64,000 nucleotides of DNA from Candidatus Cloacimonadota bacterium (GTDB taxonomy: Bacteria > Cloacimonadota > Cloacimonadia > JGIOTU-2): contig JBNGBT010000002.1 of the NCBI GenBank assembly GCA_049903315.1, forward strand, positions 128,001 through 192,000, given 5' to 3'. Shown here in pieces: positions 1 to 8,119 of this stretch. Every line of letters starts with the position of its first letter. Position 1 is the stretch's first letter. The notes under the pieces are model-generated. The model searched no databases, was not told the origin of the DNA, and worked only from the letters and a program-made list of their open reading frames with translations. A program made the translations under genes and the position numbers.

Positions 1-2
1 GC

Positions 3-1205
3 CTAATAGGAACTAATGATGCATCAAGCGTGTTACGCTGTTATTCTATTGGTTCGGTCGGAAACAATTATTACGTTGGTGGTTTAGTTGGTAAAAATAC
101 TAATTCTTCAGAAATTTCAGAATCATACAGCACCGCAAGTGTTGGAGCAAACAGTAATGTTGCCGGTGGTTTGGTTGGGAATAACAATGGTTCCACTATA
201 AGAAATTGTTACAGTCGTGGTCCAGTAACACGCGGCCAAGGTAGTGATGGTTCTTTCGGTAGTTTTATCGGAAAAAATGAGAATACTACTGTGATTGAAA
301 ATTGCTATGCTACTGGTGCGGTCATTTATCAAAATGCAGATAATCCAACTGACAAAGGATTTATCGGAAATTATAATTCAACCGGTTGTTCTGACAACTT
401 TTTTGATTCAGAAGCCACACAACAAAGTGGTGGAGCAGGCGCTACAGCAAAAGACACAGATGCAATGAAAGGAATTACACCAGGAAATACAATTACGGAA
501 TGGGGCTGGAGTGGTACAGTATGGGAAAGAATAGGTGATAATTATCCACGACTTAAAGATAATCCGGATCCTACACTTCCGGTCACCCTTTCCACTTTTA
601 CCGCTCAGTTCCTTGAAAACATGCCAACACTTTACTGGATTACTCAATCAGAAATGGACAACATTGGCTGGTTTGTGTATAGGAATGAAGAAGAAAATTT
701 TACGAATGCAGAAGTAATATCCGAACTGATTGAAGGATACGGAACAACCACTCAACAGAAATTCTATATCTATGAAGATAATATAGATAATCTAAATGTT
801 GGAGACACCTATTACTATTGGTTGGAATCGGTTGATTTCAGTGGAGTGGTACATCATTATAATAGAGTAGCTCACCTCACTATATCAGATCCTTTAGTGA
901 ATCCTCCAATCATCGAGCCACCTATTGTATATGATCTTAAGAATGTGCCAAATCCTGTGAATACGAGTTCTAAGTTCCGGTTCACACTTGATAAAGCAAG
1001 TCTTGTATCTGTTTCAATTTATAACCTCAAAGGAGAATTAGTAAGAACTTTACCATCGGTTTTAGCTCCGGAAGATGAAACTTCGAGTATTTATTGGAAC
1101 GGTAAAGATGAGAATGGAAATGAACTTCAGCCGGGCGTGTATTTATATAAATTACTCGTAAATGGTAAAATCGCAGAGACGAAGAAGCTGATTCTAATAA
1201 AATAG
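3..1205 (+). CDS. Secreted GLUG-repeat protein with LPV-type Ig-like domain and C-terminal FlgD-Ig/T9SS-type sorting domain (5' partial)
   Basis: Frame open from position 3; VGGLVG..N...I.ESYSTA GLUG repeats; TLPVTLSTFTA domain; PNP...IYNLKGELVR...WNGKDENG...ETKKLILIK end. Confidence 0.85.
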   Translation, partial: LIGTNDASSVLRCYSIGSVGNNYYVGGLVGKNTNSSEISESYSTASVGANSNVAGGLVGNNNGSTIRNCYSRGPVTRGQGSDGSFGSFIGKNENTTVIENCYATGAVIYQNADNPTDKGFIGNYNSTGCSDNFFDSEATQQSGGAGATAKDTDAMKGITPGNTITEWGWSGTVWERIGDNYPRLKDNPDPTLPVTLSTFTAQFLENMPTLYWITQSEMDNIGWFVYRNEEENFTNAEVISELIEGYGTTTQQKFYIYEDNIDNLNVGDTYYYWLESVDFSGVVHHYNRVAHLTISDPLVNPPIIEPPIVYDLKNVPNPVNTSSKFRFTLDKASLVSVSIYNLKGELVRTLPSVLAPEDETSSIYWNGKDENGNELQPGVYLYKLLVNGKIAETKKLILIK

Positions 1206-1210
1206 TATTT

Positions 1211-1312
1211 CTCGGACTTGACTTCACGGGAATGAAATGACAGCGGAGTTAAGAACGAGAGGTATAAACGGAACTTCGCATTATGCTTCACCAAGCTGGG
1301 GCTTGGTAAAGA
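1211..1312. repeat. Degenerate REP-like palindromic doublet between convergent genes
   Basis: ACCAAGC-TGGG-GCTTGGT hairpin at 1290-1307; imperfect CTCG..CTTGACTTC / GGAGTTAAG..CGAG arms at 1211-1259. Confidence 0.5.
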
Positions 1313-1337
1313 GTGAATAAAAGTATATAGGATTGTG

Positions 1338-1997
1338 TTATAATAAATTCTGCAACTCTCTTATATCCTCAATCACATAATCAGCTTCCTCTAACTCTTC
1401 CTGTTTCCCATATCCGTACAGACAGCCGATCGTAATACAATTATTTGCTTTCCCGGATTCTACATCATAATACCGATCGCCCACTACAACTGCTTTCTTG
1501 CTTTTCAATTTTTTTATAAAATCTGAAATAATAGAGATTTTATCCAATCCTACTCTTTCCCCAATACATTGAGATATATCGATATATTTATCCAGATTGA
1601 ATACGTTTTTCACATTACCAAAATATCGCATCGAACAATTGCTTTCAAGCCCGATCCGGTAACCTTGCTGTTTCAAGTATTTCAGCATTTCTTTTGTGCC
1701 CGGGAAGAGCATTCCTTTACCTGATTTCAGCGCTAATTCTTCATGGTCCTGAATACCTTCGTGGAGTTCATCGATGAGATGCTTGTGCTGTTCATCTAAT
1801 AAATCGAGATAAAACTGTACAGAGGGCTGTCCGATCTTTCCCAGGATGAGTTCGGCAGGAGGTAATTCTTTTTTAATATTATGATGTTCGTACAGATCAC
1901 ACAATGCATCCCGTATCGCTGTGACCGCATACGTGTCGGACTTCAGCAAGGTGCCGTCCATATCGAAAATAACCAAATCTATATCTTTAATCTTCAT
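1338..1997 (-). CDS. HAD-superfamily hydrolase (phosphoglycolate phosphatase-like)
   Basis: Motif I IFDMDGTL, motif IV VVGDRYYDV, C-terminal GYG...ADYVIE. Confidence 0.88.
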   Translation of the reverse strand: MKIKDIDLVIFDMDGTLLKSDTYAVTAIRDALCDLYEHHNIKKELPPAELILGKIGQPSVQFYLDLLDEQHKHLIDELHEGIQDHEELALKSGKGMLFPGTKEMLKYLKQQGYRIGLESNCSMRYFGNVKNVFNLDKYIDISQCIGERVGLDKISIISDFIKKLKSKKAVVVGDRYYDVESGKANNCITIGCLYGYGKQEELEEADYVIEDIRELQNLL

Positions 1998-2007
1998 ATT
2001 TTAATAG

Positions 2008-2124
2008 AACACAGATCCGCCAGCTGGCGGACACGTTAACACTGATTATACAGATTTTCGCAGATACAGATAACAGGAATTATTAGAAAAGTATTCAGCG
2101 TTCATCACCGTGCTTTTGTGTACC
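2008..2124. repeat. Short ACAGAT-type repeats with an embedded perfect 16-bp palindrome
   Basis: TCCGCCAGCTGGCGGA at 2016-2031 inside recurring CACAGAT/ACTGAT/ACAGAT/GCAGAT units. Confidence 0.55.
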
Positions 2125-2125
2125 T

Positions 2126-2857
2126 TTATTTATTTGATATAAGAAAATACATAACTAACAAGAAGAGCAAAAAAGCTATAATTTGAATAATGTAGTCAAA
2201 CCATTTGAGTTTTTGAGATATGTAATACGTTCGCCCTGGGTGCAGTCTGAATCCTTTTAAATCCAATGCTATCGCGCGGAATTTCACCGTGTGCATTGCT
2301 TGTGCAAGTACAGGAAAAATGATCGCGGAGAATGAAGGTAATTTTCTAAAAAGGTGTATTTTTCTAAAACTGATCTCTCGAAAACGAAGCTGCTCTTTTG
2401 TGATCTTTAGCTGTTCTTCGAACATACGGACGAAATAAAAAGTGCTGGCTATCATCAAACAGATTTCATAGGGGAATTTCCATGCCCTTAATGCAAGGAT
2501 AAAGTTATAATAAGGAATATCAAACAAAAGCGATACGATGAGCAAAAGAATAAGCAAACGGATACTCACAATACATGCGATCAGCATTCCTTCAGAATAG
2601 AGTGTGATGAATTTCCAGTGAAAAAGCACAGTGCCGTCATGCCGGAAAAGCATTTGCATAATAAAAAGAAAAATGATCAAAATGAGCAGAAAACGCAGTC
2701 TTTTCCAGAGGAGAGCAAATCTTTTTTTTGTAGGATTTAAAGCAAATACAAGGACAAGGCAGATCGCACACAAAAGCACAAGGTGCACTATATTATGCAA
2801 GATGAGGGAGAGAGATGAAATAATGACAGAAATTATAAGATATGTGCGCGTGTTCAT
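2126..2857 (-). CDS. ecfT: ECF transporter transmembrane (T) component
   Basis: Multi-TM protein with coupling-helix motifs QLRFR and ALDLKGF; ATGA overlap with upstream ATPase. Confidence 0.85.
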   Translation of the reverse strand: MNTRTYLIISVIISSLSLILHNIVHLVLLCAICLVLVFALNPTKKRFALLWKRLRFLLILIIFLFIMQMLFRHDGTVLFHWKFITLYSEGMLIACIVSIRLLILLLIVSLLFDIPYYNFILALRAWKFPYEICLMIASTFYFVRMFEEQLKITKEQLRFREISFRKIHLFRKLPSFSAIIFPVLAQAMHTVKFRAIALDLKGFRLHPGRTYYISQKLKWFDYIIQIIAFLLFLLVMYFLISNK

Positions 2858-3525
2858 TTGTTTCCTATGATGTGCGTAATGTGTGTATCAGCGATCTCAT
2901 ATACGCTGTCTGCAACAAGCGTAAATGCATTGGGTTTTTGCGTGGCGATAAGCGCACCTATTCCTGCCAGTTTTTGTTGAGCAAGTATGGACAGGAGGAT
3001 ATTTACTCCTTCATTATCAAGCCCGAAAAGCGGATCGTCGAGTATCCAGAATTTGTGTTTATTTAAAAGAAGTCCGGCGAGAACCACCCTTTTTTGCTGC
3101 CCTGTGCTGAGCTCCCAAAGAGGTTCGTCAATAAGGTCTTTCAGCCCGAACCTCTCAAAGATATGCACTCTTTCTTCCTTGAATTTTTCATTATCATTTC
3201 TTTGAAATTTATGCTGCCAGAGTGAGAGGTCTTCAGCGGGAGTTGCACCAAGCAAATTATTCTGAGTTTGTTCCTGTACATACACAACTTTTGAAGTGAT
3301 ATACGACTGATCTATCGCTTGGAAATTCTTTTCTTCAAAGAAAATATTTCCCGAATATGAGGGCAGTAATTTATACAAAATTTTACATAAAGTAGATTTT
3401 CCGCTTCCATTCTCGCCAGAAATAACGGTTACTTCATTACGAAAAATTTCAAGATCGATTGTATCAAAGATGAGTTTCATTTCATATGAGAAGCTGAGAT
3501 TGTTTAAAGAAAATAGCGGTTTCAT
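2854..3525 (-). CDS. ECF/ABC transporter ATPase
   Basis: Walker A GENGSGKST, signature LSTGQ, Walker B ILDDP. Confidence 0.85.
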   Translation of the reverse strand: MKPLFSLNNLSFSYEMKLIFDTIDLEIFRNEVTVISGENGSGKSTLCKILYKLLPSYSGNIFFEEKNFQAIDQSYITSKVVYVQEQTQNNLLGATPAEDLSLWQHKFQRNDNEKFKEERVHIFERFGLKDLIDEPLWELSTGQQKRVVLAGLLLNKHKFWILDDPLFGLDNEGVNILLSILAQQKLAGIGALIATQKPNAFTLVADSVYEIADTHITHIIGNK

Positions 3526-4169
3526 GAGAGGAGAATGACCTTGTCTGCGATGTCGTCAAATGTATGGGTTGTAGCGGAAATAATGATGAGTTTATCCTGC
3601 TTAAAATGCTGAATACATTTTTTCACATTACTGATAGAATCCGACGACAAACCGTCTTCGGGTTCATCGAGCAGAATAATGTCAGGTGAAAGCGTAAAAA
3701 CAGAAGCAATGGTCACGAGCTTTTTTTGCCCGTACGAAAGAGTCGCAATTTCTGATTTCAGCAAATGAGTTAATCCCAAAAATTCAGAAACATTCTCAAT
3801 TCTCTTTCGGATTTCCTTCACCGGTATTTTCAGGTTTTCGGGACCAAATGAAAGTTCATGCTCGACTTGTGGAAAACTCAGCTGCATTTCCGGTTCCTGG
3901 AAAACCATGCTGATGAGGGGTGAGAGTTCCGGCAAAGTTAGTGCGTTGATATCAATATCATCGATGAGAATTTGTCCTCCGATAGCGGCTTTTATCACTT
4001 TGGGAATTATGCTGCAGAGCATTGAAAGCAGAGTCGTTTTTCCGCACCCGTTCTGTCCTTTTAGTAACACAAGTTCATTTTTATCTGCTGAAAAGTTCAG
4101 ATCTTTAATAAGCCAATCATCTGTTTGGTTGTATTTGAGAAAGAGATTTTGTGCGTGAAGAAAAGCCAT
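3522..4169 (-). CDS. ECF/ABC transporter ATPase
   Basis: Walker A GQNGCGKTT, Q-loop VFQEP, LSYGQ, LLDEP; ATG at 4169 just after the S-component stop. Confidence 0.85.
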   Translation of the reverse strand: MAFLHAQNLFLKYNQTDDWLIKDLNFSADKNELVLLKGQNGCGKTTLLSMLCSIIPKVIKAAIGGQILIDDIDINALTLPELSPLISMVFQEPEMQLSFPQVEHELSFGPENLKIPVKEIRKRIENVSEFLGLTHLLKSEIATLSYGQKKLVTIASVFTLSPDIILLDEPEDGLSSDSISNVKKCIQHFKQDKLIIISATTHTFDDIADKVILLS

Positions 4170-4170
4170 A

Positions 4171-4713
4171 TTATTTCTGAGCAAATCCGAAAAATTGGAG
4201 ACGTTTAAATATCACAATAGAAAGTAGCCCTCCAACTATTCCAGAAAGGAAACTCAAGCCCAATGAAATTAAAAGTGGAATGAAGGGAAGCTGCCAGATG
4301 AGGATAGAAACGATAAGAGTTCCTGCGAGGTTTGCAGTTATACACAGAATAATATGCGAAAGAGGTTTGGAGAAATCTTTTATGAAAAATGCGGTGATAT
4401 CCGCAGTAAGACCGGGCAAAGTAAACGTAATTAATGAAAGCGCTCCGTGCGTACCGATGTAGCCAAGTGCAAGCATGACAATTCCCTGGATGAAACCAAC
4501 CAAAAATCCTGTCCAAGGTTTTCGGACGGTTGCAATTGCCAGCACGATCCACATCATATACAAGCCGCCAAACATAGAACCGCCTGTGATCATCAGCATG
4601 CGGGAAAGCATCTGTGCAACAGGAGTGATGAGCGGTTTGATTGCCAGCCCCAGTGCGCTGAAGATCGCAATATAAAGCAAATCTTGAGTGGTAAATTTTT
4701 TAAGAAATTTCAT
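4171..4713 (-). CDS. ECF transporter S component (YkoE/MptD-like, substrate unknown)
   Basis: 180 aa hydrophobic protein; FTTQDLLYIAIFSAL N-terminus and VRKP.TG motif; first gene of an S-A-A-T operon. Confidence 0.75.
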   Translation of the reverse strand: MKFLKKFTTQDLLYIAIFSALGLAIKPLITPVAQMLSRMLMITGGSMFGGLYMMWIVLAIATVRKPWTGFLVGFIQGIVMLALGYIGTHGALSLITFTLPGLTADITAFFIKDFSKPLSHIILCITANLAGTLIVSILIWQLPFIPLLISLGLSFLSGIVGGLLSIVIFKRLQFFGFAQK

Positions 4714-4820
4714 ATTTGATTTAGTATTTCCATTTCATAATAATTATATCCAATTTAGAGAGATGTGGTTAAAGTATGTGAATTTTATTCTTGAAAATTA
4801 TAATTATAGTCGATGATCAA

Positions 4821-4848
4821 TGAGTAGTCAGGAACAACTCCCTGACTT
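4821..4848 (+). repeat. GTAG-headed REP-like hairpin, copy 1
   Basis: TGAGTAGTCAGGAACAACTCCCTGACTT; 26/28 identical to 5462-5489. Confidence 0.75.
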
Positions 4849-4854
4849 AACTAA

Positions 4855-5388
4855 TTAACCAGTTATATTTAAATCACCTAACTTTAAACCAAGAGGTAAA
4901 GGAGCAACGATTTGAAGTCCCGTATCCCAGCGTGTATGACCTGGCAAGAAAATAATGTCTAAGGTTGGGAAGATAATACAGCCGGAAAAAACAGTCATTC
5001 TCGGTGCTGTTTTATGTATTCCATTTTCTTTATAGAATATTATACCAGCTCCTCCTCCGGTGTAAAGAGTGAGTAAATCCTTTTTTGATTTTAACTTTAA
5101 TGCAGCCCCAAACTGTACGTCTAGATAATCATATTTTTCAAAATTGGGATCGGTTACATAAGCATCTTGAAGTACAGGATATTTGCATCCGTATGTGATG
5201 TTTACAAAACCACCTTCGAACATAATACCAAGACTGATCTTTGTGCTAAAGGTGAATTTTTTCTCGAAATCCCAGCCGAACCTAATTCCGGGACTTATAT
5301 ATGGACTAATTTTCCACTCACCGGCGGAACAGAGAATCGGAGTACAAACAACTATGTATATAAGAACAAATATTATTATTTTTTTCAT
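4855..5388 (-). CDS. Exported hypothetical protein, possibly a small beta-barrel
   Basis: ATG at 5388 after an AAGGA RBS; signal peptide MKKIIIFVLIYIVVC; amphipathic beta-strand-like segments. Confidence 0.7.
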   Translation of the reverse strand: MKKIIIFVLIYIVVCTPILCSAGEWKISPYISPGIRFGWDFEKKFTFSTKISLGIMFEGGFVNITYGCKYPVLQDAYVTDPNFEKYDYLDVQFGAALKLKSKKDLLTLYTGGGAGIIFYKENGIHKTAPRMTVFSGCIIFPTLDIIFLPGHTRWDTGLQIVAPLPLGLKLGDLNITG

Positions 5389-5461
5389 AAAGATCCTTCT
5401 TACTGAAAGCACATTTGGCATACAAAGTTTATAGTCAAGTTTTACATGAGAAAATTTTCTT

Positions 5462-5520
5462 TGAGTAGTCAGGGACCACTCCCTGACTTGCAGGAGTGTC
5501 ACGGAATGGTCCATGAAACC
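5462..5520 (+). repeat. GTAG-headed REP-like hairpin copy 2 plus degenerate inverted partner
   Basis: TGAGTAGTCAGGGACCACTCCCTGACTT (5462-5489); 5498-5520 reverse-complements to GGTTTCATGGACCATTCCGTGAC. Confidence 0.7.
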
Positions 5521-5532
5521 TCTGTTATTTGA

Positions 5533-5557
5533 TGGATTCCTGCTTCCGCAGGAATGA
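5533..5557. repeat. ATTCC-N-GGAAT (dRS3-like) palindrome
   Basis: ATTCCTGC-TTCC-GCAGGAAT at 5536-5555. Confidence 0.6.
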
Positions 5558-5582
5558 AATACTTTTTTCTTGTTTTTATTAT

Positions 5583-5995
5583 ATCTCAGCGTCCTCTGCG
5601 TCTTCTTTTTTTGCTTGTTGCGGCGGAGTGAAACGTAGACGAACGTACTCTTCGTGAAATCTTTTATGCTTTTCTTTCTTTACCACTTCCTTGCGGGTGA
5701 AATGTGAAATATCATTCTTCATTTTCTCCTTGATGAGAAAACGAAGCAAAAGAATCACCCGCTGATTAAGAAAACACTAAAATTTTGTTTATAAAGCTAA
5801 AAGAATAACAACTCGCTTCGATCAAACAGTCATTCTTTTTGACGCTTTACTCACAAAATTTCTAAACGCATTTTCTTAATAGGCGGGGAAATGTGAGGAT
5901 ATACACATTTAAAATTGTTATTTAATCTCAGCGCTCTCTGCGGTTTTATCCTTTGCGTGCTCTGCGTGAAATCTTTTTTCGTATTTTTCGTGGTT
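5583..5995. repeat. Two imperfect direct repeats (5583-5665, 5925-5977) enclosing a long structured element
   Basis: ATCTCAGCG..CTCTGCG...CGT.CTCT.CGTGAAATCTTTT occurs twice; copy 1 carries an extra insert of about 30 bp. Confidence 0.65.
5717..5888. other. Structured non-coding element: short hairpin plus imperfect long hairpin of about 130 nt
   Basis: CTTCATTTTCTC/GAGAAAACGAAG stem; CCCGC..TTAAGAAAA..AAATTTTGT..TAAAGC..AAAAGAAT pairs with ATTCTTTT..GCTTTA..ACAAAATTT..TTTTCTTAA..GCGGG. Confidence 0.6.
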
Positions 5996-6087
5996 TTCTC
6001 AAATTTGTGTACAAATCGGGCAAGAACTTGACATGAAATTTTATGTCCGGTTAGAAGCTATTCAAAATAATATCAGTGGTGAACACG

Positions 6088-6303
6088 ATGTCAGAGAAGC
6101 GTATTACGAAAGAGATGTGGGTTGAAGAAATTCTGGAGAAATATCCCGCAGCACAGGAATTCCTTTCAAAGAAAAATATCGTGTGTGTGATGTGCGGCGA
6201 ACCGGTGTGGGGTTCTCTGGAGGAACTCATGCAGGACAAGGATTTTTCCGATGAGGAAATCGACACAATTATTAAAGAATTAAATAAATTTATAAAGGAA
6301 TAG
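6088..6303 (+). CDS. DUF1858-like small CxxC protein
   Basis: ITKEMWVEEILEKYP...CVMC...SLEEL pattern; ATG at 6088. Confidence 0.75.
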   Translation: MSEKRITKEMWVEEILEKYPAAQEFLSKKNIVCVMCGEPVWGSLEELMQDKDFSDEEIDTIIKELNKFIKE

Positions 6304-6314
6304 GAGGTATTTTC

Positions 6315-7946
6315 ATGCCTAATGCAAAATTGCAGGTGCCAACTCCGATCAATGAACCGATCCTCGGTTATCGGGCTGGGTCACCTGAGAAGAAACTTCT
6401 TAAAGAAACGCTCACAGAGATGATGAGCACAGAGATCGAGATTCCGCTTATTATTGGCGGGAAAGAGATCAAAACCGGAAATTTTGGCGAATGCAGAATT
6501 CCGCATGATCACAAGCATATTATCGGGAAATATCACAAGGCAGGACCCAAAGAAGTTGAGATGGCTATCGAAGCCGCTTTGGAAGCCCGCGAGAAATGGG
6601 CAGCCATGCCGTGGGAAGACCGTGTTGCGATCTTCCAGAGAGCAGCTCAACTCCTTGCCACGAAGTATCGACACATTATTAATGCCGCAACAATGCTCAC
6701 ACAAAGCAAAAATGCGTTCCAGGCAGAGATTGATTCTGCATGCGAGCTCATTGATTTTTTCCGATTCAATACCTATTATGCGATGAAGATCTATGAGCGT
6801 CAGCCGAATTCAGCACCCGGAATGTGGAATACTCTCGAACACCGCGCTCTGGAAGGATTTGTCTTTGCGGTGACGCCTTTTAATTTTACTTCAATAGCTG
6901 GAAATCTGCCTTCTGCACCGGCGATAATGGGTAATGTATCACTTTGGAAGCCAGCATCATCTGCTGTTTTTAGTGCGTATTATCTTATGAAATTATTCAA
7001 AGAAGCAGGCGTGCCGGACGGCGTGATAAACTTCATTCCCGGTTCAGGCGCACAGGTTGGAAATCCAGTTCTGCAGAGTCCCGATCTTGCCGGCATACAC
7101 TTTACAGGAAGCACTGTCACTTTCCAGAGTATGTGGAAAACCATCGGCAGGAATATCGAGCACTACAAAACATATCCACGCATCGTTGGAGAAACAGGCG
7201 GAAAGGACTTCATTGTTGCTCATCCTTCAGCGGATGTCGATGCTCTTAAAGTTGCAATCATAAGAGGTGCATTTGAGTATCAGGGGCAGAAATGCTCTGC
7301 AGCATCACGTGCGTATATACCAAAAGGTGTGTGGGCGCAACTCAAAGATCCGCTCATTGAGGAAATAAAATCTCTCAAAATGGGAGATGTCATGGACTTC
7401 AGAAACTTTGTGAATGCTGTTATCGATAGGGCTGCGTTTGATTCTATTACAGAATATATCAAATATGCGAAAGCTGCGAATGATGCAGAAATCCTCGTCG
7501 GTGGCAAGTTCGATGACTCAAAAGGTTACTTCATCGAACCAACTGTCATTCTTACTACCAATCCCAAATTCAAGACAATTCAGGAAGAGATATTCGGACC
7601 TGTTATCACAATATATATTTATGATGATGACAAATTTGAAGAGGTCCTTCATCTCTGTGATGAAACCTCGCCGTATGCATTGACAGGTGCCATTTTTGCG
7701 AATGATAGAGAAGCAATTCTTCTTGCAAAAGATATACTGAGAAATGCTGCGGGTAATTTCTATGTAAATGACAAACCAACCGGTGCAGTGGTCGGGCAGC
7801 AGCCCTTTGGCGGTGCTCGTGCATCAGGAACAAACGATAAAGCAGGCGATATGATCAATCTCCTTCGCTGGGTATCCCCCAGAACGATCAAAGAGACGTT
7901 CAACCCGCCGACAGATTATCGCTATCCCTTCCTTGAAGAAGAATAA
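6315..7946 (+). CDS. pruA: L-glutamate gamma-semialdehyde (P5C) dehydrogenase
   Basis: PFNFTSIAGNL, ETGGKDF, FEYQGQKCSA, NDKPTGAVVGQQPFGG.R.SGTNDKAG; GGAGG RBS. Confidence 0.93.
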   Translation: MPNAKLQVPTPINEPILGYRAGSPEKKLLKETLTEMMSTEIEIPLIIGGKEIKTGNFGECRIPHDHKHIIGKYHKAGPKEVEMAIEAALEAREKWAAMPWEDRVAIFQRAAQLLATKYRHIINAATMLTQSKNAFQAEIDSACELIDFFRFNTYYAMKIYERQPNSAPGMWNTLEHRALEGFVFAVTPFNFTSIAGNLPSAPAIMGNVSLWKPASSAVFSAYYLMKLFKEAGVPDGVINFIPGSGAQVGNPVLQSPDLAGIHFTGSTVTFQSMWKTIGRNIEHYKTYPRIVGETGGKDFIVAHPSADVDALKVAIIRGAFEYQGQKCSAASRAYIPKGVWAQLKDPLIEEIKSLKMGDVMDFRNFVNAVIDRAAFDSITEYIKYAKAANDAEILVGGKFDDSKGYFIEPTVILTTNPKFKTIQEEIFGPVITIYIYDDDKFEEVLHLCDETSPYALTGAIFANDREAILLAKDILRNAAGNFYVNDKPTGAVVGQQPFGGARASGTNDKAGDMINLLRWVSPRTIKETFNPPTDYRYPFLEEE

Positions 7947-7958
7947 ATGAATAAGATA

Positions 7959-8100
7959 TTAACCACCCGTCTTCGCTCCGCTTCGCCGTGGCAGGCGCAA
8001 TAAATTAGAGGAAAGTAAATTAAAATTATATCTATTTTCTTTGATTGCTTAATGTGCTTTTCGCTTGTAGCGGCGTAATGTAATGAAGCCGTATGGTTAA
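7959..8100. repeat. Composite inverted-repeat element with TTAACCA/TGGTTAA ends and two opposed REP-like hairpins
   Basis: CCGTCTTCGCTCCGCTTCGCCGTGGCAGGC (7967-7996); 8063-8091 reverse-complements to CGGCTTCATTACATTACGCCGCTACAAGC. Confidence 0.6.
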
Positions 8101-8119
8101 AAAAATATTTAGGAGATAT

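Noticed and set aside
4714..4820. Riboswitch (TPP or cobalamin) upstream of the ECF operon
   Set aside because: AT-rich with no recognisable aptamer core by eye; the substrate stays unassigned.
5389..5514. N-terminal extension of the 219-aa ORF
   Set aside because: It runs through the promoter and the GTAG repeat; true start is 5388.
4821..5995. CRISPR array or classical integron
   Set aside because: Only two copies of any repeat, no regular spacers, no cas or intI gene, and no clear RYYYAAC/GTTRRRY attC ends.
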